Source: Eledone cirrhosa
Taxonomy: Eukaryota
Reading direction: 5' to 3'
Assembly (NCBI GenBank): GCA_964016885.1
Contig: OZ024740.1
Coordinates: 359,662,001-359,726,000 of the forward strand
Length of the DNA stretch: 64,000 nt
Part shown: in pieces, positions 12,430-24,033 of the stretch
How positions within the stretch are numbered: the stretch's first letter is position 1
Layout: the number at the start of each line of letters is the position of its first letter
The notes under the pieces: generated by a model
Seen by the model: the letters and a program-made list of their open reading frames with translations, nothing else
What the model was told of the DNA's origin: nothing
The model's database searches: none
Made by a program: the position numbers and the translations under genes

Positions 12430-13930
12430 ACATACACTCTAAGAAGAGATCCTGAGTGAGAATCCTTTAACCCGACCTGCTACTGAGAAGATATATAAAG
12501 AATGGAAAGGATGGAGTGGCTCTCTTTAAAAACCCAGAGAACATTATGAAGAGAGGAAAAGAGCATTTCCCTGACCATTTTTGCAATCCTTCTATTGTCA
12601 ATTTTGATGTTATAGAGACTCTACTTCAGCATGATATATCAATGAACAATCCACCGACTATTGAAATCATACAGGCAACCACACATATAAACTTAAGCAA
12701 GGCACCAGGGTTAGATGAGATTCCAGTCGAATTATTGAAAGCTGGAGGATCCATCGGCTATCCATGCACTTCTCGTGAAATGTTGGGAATCTTGATCACC
12801 ATTTACAAAGGTAAACGGGGGAAATCCAATTGCAATAACTTCCATGGGATAGCAATACTGGAATCTGTTGAAAAGGTGGTATCTAGGCTTTTGCTAAATC
12901 ACCTTTCGGAATATATATGTCCACTGATTCTTCCTGAAAGTCAATCTGGTCTCAGAGCAGGAAGGGGCACAGTGGATATGATCTCGGCTAGGTAGCTGCA
13001 GGGAAAATGCATAGAACAGCAGATGCCTTTGTATCGAATTTTTATCGAGTTGACCAAGGCTTTTGATACAGTTAACAGAGGAGCCTTATGGGTCATTCTT
13101 AGTAAATTAGGCTGTCCAGAGAAATGTTTGCAGATCTCCAAACAACTACATTACGACATGAAGGCCAGCGTTGTATTTATTGGAAAACTTTCGGAACAAA
13201 TTTCTGTGGGCAACGGTGTTAAGCAAGGGGACATGCCTGCTCCAAAACTATTTGCAATGCACCTTCCTTGCTAATGCATTCCAGAACTGTAAACGAGACA
13301 TAGATCTGCGTTTTCGAACATCTGGGCAAGTCTTTAATTTAAGATTTAATAATAAATCTGTGGCATTCAATGTGTTAATTCGAGAACTTTTGTATACTGA
13401 TGATGCGAACTTAGTTGCACACACAGAATCAAGACATGCAGTACACGATGGATACATTTTCTGAAGTATGTGTTCTTTTGGGAATAACTGGAAGCTTAAC
13501 TAAGACCGAGGTGATGTGCAGGAGTGCACCAAGAGAACCTTATGTTGTGCTAAATATATATGTGAATGAGACTAGGTTGGCCGTGGTGGATGTTTTGTTG
13601 TATCTGGGTAGTACTCTGTCAAGGGATGGGAGTTTAGATGCAGAAATACATCTTCAAGTACAGAAGACAAGCGCTGCATTTGGAAAATCGGTGGAAAATG
13701 TGTAATCAGACAGAGGCATAGCATTGAGAACAAAATTAGCTGTGTATTAGGCATGTATGCTTACAGTTTTATTGTATATGTGGCTATATATTTGGCTATA
13801 AATTTGTAGCAATAAAGCAATAAATGTAATGCAATCACCGGGTTAAAACGCCATATGGAAGTTCATCAACATGAAATTCCACATTCTGATCCAATAAACC
13901 CAGTACATATTCTGGCATACACCTGTTATT
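12430..13930 (+). pseudogene. RTE (BovB-like) LINE RT pseudogene
   Basis: KAPGLDEIP, ILPESQSGLRAGRGTVDMI, LTKAFDTVNR, GVKQG, LLYTDD and YLGS, spread across frameshifted ORFs. Confidence 0.85.
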
Positions 13931-14019
13931 TGTACCAAAAACCTAGTTGCTAAATTGAAAAGTCACCTCCGTGCCCATGGGGGGGGGGGGTGTAAACTTG
14001 CTGGAGGGATTGAGATGGT

Positions 14020-14710
14020 GCTGTCAGCGATGTTAGAAAGACTCGAAATTGAGCCAAATTTCTTGAGTAAAGTAATAACAGGAGATGGGTGTTCGAGTAC
14101 GATCCAGAAAGAAAACGGCAAAGTGAGGTGTAGCACACGAAAAGTTCTCCTCGTCTGAAGAAAGCATGCATGAGCAGATCCAGGCTGAAAATGATGATTA
14201 TCATTTTTTTCGACAGCTGCAGGCTTTTGTTGGGGGGGGGGGGGTTCACAAAGGATTTTTACCTCAAGGACAGACAGTTAATCTATAAATAATATCTTGG
14301 AACGACTTCGAAAACGGGTTCAGAGAGTCCGAAAGGACATTGCCAAAGATTGGGTACTGCACCACGATAACTAGCCTGCTCACACAGCACTTTGAATTAG
14401 AGAATTTCTGGTGAAGAAAAACATTCCCACTCTTCCACAGATCTTGCTCCGTGTGATTTCTCCTTCTTCCGTAAGTTGAAATCGAAGTTGAAGGATCATC
14501 ATTTTGGGACTGTCAAAAACATACAAAAAAATTGTAACCGACAAGCGAAGGGACATTCACAGAAAATATGATCAATGTAAAAAACGTTGGAACCATTGTG
14601 TGACTACCCAAGTGTCGTATTTTGAAGGAGATAACTTGTAAGTTCATATCTATCTAATATACATTTAAATAAAACATCAGTACCCTTGCTTTTGAGACAA
14701 ACTTCGTATA
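14020..14710 (+). pseudogene. Mariner (Tc1/mariner) transposase 3' half with right TIR
   Basis: FLSKVITGD, WVLHHDN.PAH, DLAPCDF.FF.KLK. The element ends ...AAACTTCG followed by TA. Confidence 0.8.
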
Positions 14711-14799
14711 TGTATGCATGTATATATGTATCTATATATATGTATATATATATGTATGTATATATATACTATACAGATTTCGCTACACACACATATATG

Positions 14800-14835
<36 letters not shown>

Positions 14836-14838
<3 letters not shown>

Positions 14839-15669
14839 AGCGAAATCTGTCCGCGCCTTGAACCTTGGGTCAAATTCCAGGTCAACACCCTTTTGGTGTA
14901 GACAGGTTGATGTGTTGACTATCCCCTCAAGGGGGGGGGGGGGGGGGGCAGGAAGCGATAGGTATATAAAGCCTATATTTTCCCACCTTAGACACAGAGG
15001 CATCGGAGCGCTAGGATACACAACAAATTATGTAAAGATTAACCGCTAACTTCAGACCCCAGAGGTCTACAGAAAGGCGAGATACATCGGAGCATCACAC
15101 CTATAACAAACTATGTAAGGGTTCACTGCTATCAATAGACACCAGTGGTCTACAGCCAGAAACATAGGAGCATTACGCTAGAAACTAACCCTGTAAGGAT
15201 TCACTGCTATCAACAGACCCCAGTGGTCTACAGATATACCCAGAGCGATTGGAGCCCTATTACTACAGAACACAAATGTGGAAGATTTACCGCTGTCTGC
15301 AGGCCACGGTAGTTCATAATTGCAACAGACCATAACAGAGGTATACAAACCATATCTCTCTCTCTCTCTTACTAACTACGGTCTCACAACTACTACCACG
15401 GACTCCAAATTCCAACTACAACAACAATTATCTGTTTGCTCGGTGTTTTCACATCAACAACAATAACAAAATTAACTACTCTTGGTAACTGTTTTATATG
15501 TACTTTTTAATTGATTCACGTGAAGTAAACCATATATATATAACCAAATCATTTATTCTTTATATTCTCGTTATTATATTTATTCTTATTATTCATGTTA
15601 TTACATCTAACAACTTTGTTAATCATTCTAACTAACTATTTCTTAATTCATTTTTAACCCTACGTTAAA
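14836..15669 (+). mobile_element. Probable solo LTR with internal ~75-bp tandem repeats
   Basis: Starts TGTAG, ends ...GTTAAA, and has TATATAAA at ~14963. About four degenerate repeats of GTAAGGATTCACTGCTATCAACAGACCCCAGTGGTCTACAG lie at 15030-15300. It sits in microsatellite, so no TSD can be resolved. Confidence 0.55.
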
Positions 15670-15768
15670 TATATATATATATATACGCGAAATTTTTCAT
15701 ATAAAACAAGTAACATTCAAAGACCAACCACATGTGAGAAAAACCACAGACCCTCCATCTCAACTCTA

Positions 15769-15804
15769 CTTTTGAAAAGCAGAAGAACTGCGAAACCGGT
15801 AAAG
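15769..15804 (+). ncRNA. Minimal hammerhead with U3:A8 core
   Basis: CTT-TTGAAAA-GCAG(aagaa)CTGC-GAAA-CCGG-TA-AAG. Confidence 0.65.
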
Positions 15805-16062
15805 GAACCAAATAAAATTTTTTTTTTTTTTTTAAATAGACTCCAATTGCATTTTCGTTTTCATCTTTTTTTCCTTATACTTTTACTCGTGTAGGACACC
15901 TCGATTATTTTTCTTTTTGTAAAAAAAAACTCAATTTCTAATATATATATATATTTAGGGCGGCCGGCCAAAGTAGAAGATGCTGAATGTTCGGTCGCCC
16001 TCATGTCTCTGATTTTTCATTCCGATAGATTTTGTCTATTGTATTCCTTTGTTATATTTCAA

Positions 16063-16120
16063 ATACCTGATGATGTCACCGGATTCATACTAAACCCGGT
16101 CATTGAAATGATCATAGTAT
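16063..16120 (+). ncRNA. Type-I hammerhead
   Basis: ATAC-CTGATGA-TG..ACCGG(...)CCGGT.CA..-GAAA-TGATCA-TA-GTAT. Confidence 0.65.
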
Positions 16121-16163
16121 AATAAACCTTCAAGGAAGTACACCAGTCCAGCCTCCTGTTATT

Positions 16164-16216
<53 letters not shown>

Positions 16217-16224
<8 letters not shown>

Positions 16225-16528
16225 ATACTTTGGGAGGGTCATGTTGCCAATAAGAAACACACGCACCAGTTGCTTTCACTTCAATTTAATTTATTAAATA
16301 TTTATAAATTTACAAATTTATAAATTTCTGGTTGGTTGGTTGGTTCCACAACCAACCAACCAGAAATTTATAAATTTGTAAATTTATAAATATTTAATAA
16401 ATTAAATTGAAGTGAAAGCAACTGGTGCGTGTGTTTCTTATTGGCAACATGACCCTCCCAAAGTATAACAATATCGGTTTCAACACACGATTTCAGATAA
16501 AGAATCTTGCTAAACAAATTCAGAAACG

Positions 16529-16531
<3 letters not shown>
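16217..16531. repeat. Perfect palindrome (126-bp arms, 6-nt loop) made from the Neptune PLE 3' tail
   Basis: 16217-16342 is the reverse complement of 16349-16474. The sequence matches 990-1180. Confidence 0.9.
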
Positions 16532-16569
<38 letters not shown>

Positions 16570-16661
16570 TGAGATTCTACAGGACTAGAAAACTTTTATA
16601 CTCTGCTATGTATTGAGTACCTTACTTACTGTGGTTACCTCCGATTCAACCCGGAATAACG

Positions 16662-16692
<31 letters not shown>

Positions 16693-18140
16693 ATATATAA
16701 AATTAAGTATGTGTGTGTGTCTGTGTATTACCTATAGGGGCCTACATCTTACGACCGATTTTCATGAAACTTTACAGGCTCATAGATTAGTCAATTGCGA
16801 GTTTCTAGGCTTACATCAACAACTATTTGAGGCAAACTCCAGTCCATCTTGTGGTGTGTGAATAAGTGTCTGTATCTTCTCTCGCTTTTCTCTCTCTCTC
16901 TTTTTACATAAATTGAGTTCACTTCTGTGCATATTTATGTGAAATAAAAGAATAGCTTATAATAATCATCCTCCGTAACAGTGAAAACTGGCAATTCTAA
17001 CACAACAAACATTACAGCTGGTAATGGCGAAGCACAAGACTGGAGCGCTGGAAAAGTCAAGCACCACTACAATCATCACTTAATAAATCGGCAAAACGAG
17101 ACGTCGACGATGACAAGTTATTTATTGATCATTTCTTCATCCGGATCAATTTCTCTTTATTCAAATACTGTTTTCCTCAAAAATGAATTTAAATGAAGTT
17201 ATAGTTATTTTGGCGGGATAATTTCTGTTGAAATGTCTAGTTACATAACAAAAACCCATTTCATTGTTCTCTACTTTTTTTGTAAAATGTTAACCAAATA
17301 TATAAAAGCAACTGAACTTATGACGCAATAGTGTCTTCGGTGCCCTATCAAATAATACTTGAAATCTATCTTTTTTGTACCTTAGTTTCGATTTCATTTA
17401 TCTATTTTAAAAGTTTAAAAAATCTGTTTATGACAAAGGAACGCGAAAAATTAGAGTCCTACGAAGTTTTAACGTTCATACCTTTTACAAAAGCGACAAA
17501 GAGAGTGGAATAGCTACAAAGGGGATCGAAATTGTGTAGTGAATTCAGCTAATCGGCGTGATTACCACGACTATATGGTACCTCCCACAAGTATTGCATG
17601 ATTACATTAGTCAGTCCTTGTCACCATGTTATCAGACCACTTGCTGATATGATGAAACATCCTGTCAGTCTAAAGGTTATTTCCCTTCATTCTATTCCCT
17701 CTTTGTTTAGACGAATGTGTGTGTATACAAGTGCATGACATTCAATTAAAATTTCCTCGTTAACCCGGTCGTTTATCTCTCTACAGCTATCTTTATAATC
17801 TATCATTTTATATATAGTTAGTCTAACATCCAGCTGTTGCACCGGTTTCAACATAGATGTATACACACACGGAAATATAAAACTATGTGATGCGTGTTTT
17901 CTGTAAACTACTGGAAAATAACTGTTCGATACATACATAAATTCTGCTAACAATTTGATGAGACAGCAGTAACACATTAAACACGCATATATACAGATAC
18001 ATCGGTTTGATAGTAGACTGATAAATACAATAATTATAAACGGTACGCCATCGAATTAGTATCCGAATGAATTATTTATTATGATATTAGGACTTGAAGA
18101 GTGAACATTTATTCAATATTTCTTTTAAAATACCCTGACT

Positions 18141-18194
18141 ATGGCACTATTCACCCTTCGTGTATTCAACCAGATATTATCGACACGTTCAAAG
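18141..18194 (+). CDS. Putative coding exon 1 of TMEM53-like gene
   Basis: ATG...MALFTLRVFNQILSTRSK, then a strong donor AAG|GTGAG. Phase 0 matches exon 2. It lies in a CpG-retaining, repeat-poor region. Confidence 0.6.
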
Positions 18195-18913
18195 GTGAGC
18201 ATGTAATTCTCATTCATTCATTTGTTGTTTTTCTAATTGACCGGGAGATACTATATGCCAAATATAGTCATTTATTATCTAAATCACACAGTAGTATTTT
18301 TTACTTCTTTCTTGAATATTTACTCTGTAAAATCTATACCCTCGGTACATTGATCAATTGTTGTAAAAACAGTTTTAATATCTAGTTTACATAAGAAACA
18401 TAAGGAAATATTTAAATGTTGTCTAAACGTAAATGATTATAATAGTAGTCGATTACTATAAATAATAAATCAGAAAATCTGTCAAAGTACCCCTGGGAAT
18501 CTGTAGAAATCTGTTTTGTATGAATGTATTATAACCAAACGAACTTATGTAACTGCTCTTATAAACTACGTTCGTAGTTTATGAAAGAAATTCAAATAGA
18601 AACGTTTAACAAGGTTATTGATTTTATTTTTAAGCGAAAACCCTTTTTATCTTTTGAAAATAGCTTCATTTTTTTGGAGTCGAATTTATTTTTCTATTGT
18701 TAAGAGAACACCTGGTAATAGATAACTGCGAACAATGTTATTTTACTTTCATAACACTATATAGATACATCATATACAAGATTATATATATGTGTGTGTT
18801 TGTGTGTCGTTAAAAGGAAACCCTGAAAGACATCATCATTTAGAAAATACGGGATACTCCAATTGTTAGGAGTATCGCTTATTTTCTCAGAGCGAGCATG
18901 ATTATATATGAAT

Positions 18914-18950
<37 letters not shown>

Positions 18951-19669
18951 TACAGATTTAATATCGATAAGGAATATATCCGCTGGTCAGAATCGAAATA
19001 CGTATCTCTAGCCTAACAGATAAATATGGTATTGTCAACATCATTATATGTATAATAAAACGTTACATAAGAATGTGTCCCATAACTAAATTGGGCTCAA
19101 ACTGTGACAAATATTGGCAGAATTTAAACGACAACCTAAGTAAATACTCAATTTTATATTGCTCTTGTTGTTACTAGCAGTGTACCCATGGTACTTTAGT
19201 TGTTTTGTTATTTAGCGCCAGAAACAATAGAGAGGTTTATTCAAGAAATGTCAATTAAAATGTAATGTTTGCAGTAAAAAAAGGAAAAAAATTAAATAAT
19301 GAAAGAAAAATGAAGGGGTAAGCGGCAGATTCTACACTCCAGCTTGGGCGGTATATCTGAGCTGCGTCCCGTGGACAAAATGGCGAAAGCATTGTCACAG
19401 AACAGCCAGCGACACTCGCTGCATCAGCCACTCCACTTCACGATACTCCACCCTCATGTAAGATGCTCTCCTCCCAATTTTGCAGTGGACCGAGAACACC
19501 AAAGGTTTTGACGACCTCCAGCACGAATAGGAAGCGCTGGATCAAGTCCCGATATTTGAAAATATCCCTCTCCTCGGCGTTACGAGCGTGAGTGCCTGAG
19601 TTTGTGATCGAAGTGACAAGGTTGGAAGTGGAGAACGTTTTGCAGCACGTGGCATTCGAAAACTGCCCT

Positions 19670-19945
19670 AATTGAGCAGACCATTGATCAACGACGTTCC
19701 AGCCGTGACCTCCTCGTTTTGTTAGAGCTGTCAGGACTACATTATTTAGGTTGACTTTGCCTTTCATCCTTACGGGGTCGATAAAATAAAGTACCAGTAA
19801 TGCACTGGGTAATTGCTGGCCTTGTGCCTAAAGTAGAAACAATTATTTAATATCTCACCTTCCCTTTTTAAGATTGCTGAGACGTAATTTAGGGGAGATT
19901 TTGCTTGTTTCTGGCGGGTCAAATGATTACACAGACGCTCCCTTA
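19670..19945 (+). mobile_element. Second SINE family (Nin-domain-like), interrupted by a SINE of the first family
   Basis: GAGCAGACC..GATCAA..TTCCAGCCGTGACC and GGGGAGATTT..CT..TTTCT. Related pieces lie at ~28935-29100 and ~32390-32470. Confidence 0.4.
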
Positions 19946-21069
19946 TTGTCTCGATTTGTGGTATGTATTTATAGGATAAGTAATTGTGAAAGAGAGAGTT
20001 AACACTGAATGTTTAGATGTATCTTAATTATTGAAAATCTAACTGCAGAATTCTCGACTAAATAAGAGACCTGAATAGAGAAAACATAGAAGAGAAGATT
20101 TGAAATAGTGGGACTGAAGGTGAAGCAGATTAAAGTTATTGTATTAATGAGATGAGAATCCTGCCATGTTTTAACATAGGGCAAGCAAAAAGCCAACAGA
20201 ATATCAAACAAAAAATGTTTAAAATTCACTACAGTGGGCTATCTAGAACTACATGGCAGTTTTTACTCACTGGCAATGTTAAAAGACTTCTAACCATGCT
20301 GACCACTGTGTGATCAAGTTGTGAAAAAAACTGTCCATTTTTAATTACATATGTATGCAGCATATATTTCACAAATGATAGAAACTTAGGGTGAGCAGTG
20401 CATAAATATGGCAACTCATTTTGAGAAAGAAACCAGCTGTACTTTCTAGTTTGCAGTTAACCCTTTCATTTCCATATTTCTTATAGAAAACACTGTCTAT
20501 GATTTTAAGTAATTTTGAAAATAATCATGAATTTAGAGGGGTTTAGCAATATAATTTTCTCATTATCAAACTGGTGTTTCAAGTATAACTTAAATGTTCT
20601 TACATAAAATTATGCTGGAAGGTTTTCCAATAAAAATAAACTCCTTAAAATAAGCTATTTTATATGGGTGGTTTCGGGTTAATCAATGACAATCTGTGGC
20701 TGATTTTGTGAGCTGAACTCATGACTAGTCCAATCTAAATATTCAGTCACTGAGCATGTCAGCAAGGATTAGAAATTCTAATAACTGACTTCAATCATGT
20801 TGGTGTCATGTCCACCACTTTTGAGGATGGAAGCCTTGAGATCAACCTATTAGTGGTTAGAAAGAACAGGATACTGGCCATGTATCATGTGCAGGAAGGG
20901 TATCTGGGTAAGCTTCATTAGATATGATATGCACTGGGTGGGTGTGCTGAAAATGTAGTGGTGTGAAAATATTAAATAATGTGGCAGCTACATTTGAGTG
21001 GAAAGAGTGTTTGAATGTATCTACCACTGGAGAAGGTGTTGAGCTTGATTTGGGGAATAATATGAAGAT

Positions 21070-21350
21070 GGAAAGTATGTTACCTTAGAGACATCTTGAA
21101 TGAAGAAGGTGAATCAAACTCTGCAACTGTATCTAGAGTGAGATGTACATGGAAGAAATTTCGGGAATTGACAAGTGGGCTAATGAGGAATGGAATGTCA
21201 TTGAAACTAAGAGGAAGGGTGTATGCTGCATGTGTGAAAAGTGCCATGATTTATGGGAGTAAGACATGTGTGATGATTGTGAAGCAACAGAGAAGCCTGG
21301 AAAGAATGGAAATGAAAATGGCCTGGTGGATGAGTTGAATATTGCTGAGA
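21070..21350 (+). pseudogene. RTE-X LINE RT C-terminal fragment
   Basis: WKKFREL...LRGRVYAACVKSAMIYGS. The family's 3' tail (GGACGTTAAATGATG) occurs at ~21680-21717. Confidence 0.7.
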
Positions 21351-23832
21351 GAAAAGAAGACTGATTTGCAGTAGATGTTGTGCACACTCCACATTTGCTT
21401 TCCCATATTGCTGCTGCCACAACAAAAGAAAAAGCACTAAGTCCACCCTGTATGGTGATCTGGTGCCATAACAACTAAATCATTCAGCCCACCCTATAAG
21501 GGGGTCGTGATGGTGACATGACAAATAAAGACCCAGTCCACACTGCTACATGGTTGGTGTTAGGAAGCTCATCCAGTCATAGAAACGAAGCTAAAATACA
21601 GATCCATATGAGCAAGACATCACCTGACCTGACTTGTCTCATAACGTAACAACCCGTCTAACCCATGCAAGCTTGGAAAATGGACGTTAAATGATGGAGG
21701 AGGTGATGATGATGATGGGTTTAGAACTAGTGGTGAATATTGTGAAGAAAAATGGAATGGGGGTGGTTGAGTCACGTGTTCAGGAAGCATGAAAGTAACT
21801 AGATGAGAGGAGTAATGAAATTGTATGTGGAAGAAAGTAGAGAAAGGGGGGAGACCAAAAAGACATCTTAATGTTTCTATCTCTTTTCCTATATCCTACT
21901 CTAATTATTTTCATTCTATTTTCTCTTCTCTAATGAAAGTACATGCTCCCTACTCATGGTAACTAAAATGACTCGGCTCACTATGCTGGATGTAGATATT
22001 GAGATCAGTGAAGTAAGTTGCATGTTTGTAAGAGAGGGCACTGCAGAAGATTTACAAAAGCTTTGGCATGGTGAAGCACTTCTTCTGCAAGAACCAGGCA
22101 GTCATCAATCATGTGTAGTCTGCCCTCATGAGTTTTAAACTAGCAGAGCTTGGATCTGAGAGTTGATCAGATGGTGGAAGGAAAGATCATTGAGCAAGGA
22201 TGTGAACGTCTTTCTTTAGGGGTCACCTGGTGGAATATCCATTGCATGTTCATGACAGAGGCCTCAAAACCTTCTGTGCCATAACTAATATTGTATAGTT
22301 AATGAAAACAAACCTGTTGGCAATAAATGGTAGTTATATATGATTTCAATTTGGTCATTAGCGCTGGAAGGTTGGTAGCAGTCATCAGTTCCAGGAGGTA
22401 TGGAGAGAATAACTAAGGAGTGTTAATGGAGGGGATATGGGTGGGGAGCATTGGGGGGAAGAAAGCTATTAGGAGGCAATAGTGAGGGTATATAAGAGTT
22501 TTTAGGGGGGACAGCAGCTAAGGAATGAATACTGGAAGAGTCATGGATGTAGTGGGGGTGCACTGATTGTGAGGATAGTTGCTAAGGAGTGCTAGTGGAG
22601 GGGGAATGGGTGGGGTGCATAGGAGTGATGAGAGTGACTTCTAGAGTGCATTGGTACAGGTCTAAGGATTTTAGTTGGTAGACAGCAGCTAAGGGATGAA
22701 TACATAAATCTGTTGTCACATTAGTGAATTCATTAATTATTGCAGTTTGAAATTCCTAGATGCTGGTGAAGTTTTGCTGGCAGACTTTATTCTTGAGATA
22801 TCCCTACAAGAAGGAACAGTCAAGTCTTGTAGGCCATTCATAAAAGGCTTCTCAGTGTCCTATCTTGATGAAAGGTATATGCTTCACTGTTAGGCAATGT
22901 AAGAAATGGCCAGAAGTTTTATTATTGTATAGACATAACAACCAGCATTATAAATGCCATTAAAAAAAAAAGGGTGTCAATTACACTCTCTTCTGATCTT
23001 ACGTAAGAGACCAGAATGAGTTCCATCATTTATTAATCCTGTATCATCCCACTTGCTAAACAACATATTGATCATTATCTTGGGTGGTAGATCACTTCTG
23101 AACAAATTCTTCCATTGTCTTGAATTGAAATTGGATATTACAGTAAATATTTCTGCTTAACAAGTCACACAATTGTGCATTGCTGTAACATATTAACTCA
23201 TAATTCTAAAATTTAAATGTATGCAAATTAATTTCATTTGTGTAGTACTGTATTAAAGTAAACTTGATTGGCTATTAGAATCCAATTGAATAGGTATAAT
23301 ATAAGAACTTATGATGGGCCCTGGCTAGTATAGTAAATCTGTTTAATCAGTAAACAATCACAAACTGGTGGTTGCAGTGCTGTCATCATAAGCTACCATC
23401 CTCATAACCATTCTCGTGCTGCTTTATTTTTAGTATGCTAAAAGTCAAATGACATGATTTTAAAAGTATATACTCTTTAATGTAGCTATTGACCTATTAA
23501 AATAACAATAGAAAGTAGTATAGGACATCCAAACCGGACATCCTTTGAAATTCTCTAGTGTGTATCTTCTACTTTTTTTAATTCTTTTTTTATGGAAATT
23601 ATGTTTACTTATGTGTCTTCTGTTAAAATAAATAGTTTTTCTGCTGACTTAGATACAGTATAGATTCAATGGCTATTATCTTCCTGTTAGTGAACATGTG
23701 CTCTCTTTAACTTGGAAGTTTTGCACCACCCTACCCACCCCAAATTGCTTAAAAGTAAGATAAATATATTTTCATTCACAGACTGGGTTTATTTTGCTTT
23801 TGTGCATTTTATATTGTATATTAATTGTTTAA

Positions 23833-24033
23833 CCCTTTAGCATTTAAACCAGCCGTATCCAGCCTGTTCAAACTGGCCGTAACCGGCGACTCATACTGAT
23901 GTTAAGATATTGTTCTTAAAATAAATATTATCAAAATCTCATAGATTTGATATTATGCAAGATAATTATATGAGATAAAGCCTTTACCATTAAAATATGA
24001 TAGTAAATATAGAGTAATGTAAATGTTAAAGGG
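23833..24033. mobile_element. piggyBac-type MITE
   Basis: TTAA flanks on both sides and TIRs CCCTTTAGCATTTA / TAAATGTTAAAGGG. Confidence 0.8.

Noticed and set aside
15030-15300. Regularly spaced ~40-bp repeats with spacers, superficially CRISPR-like
   Set aside because: The spacers are related to each other, the repeats are degenerate, there are no cas genes and the context is eukaryotic. It is a minisatellite within an LTR-like element.
22410-22705. Diverged ~170-bp G-rich tandem duplication in the intron
   Set aside because: Low complexity and no recognisable function.
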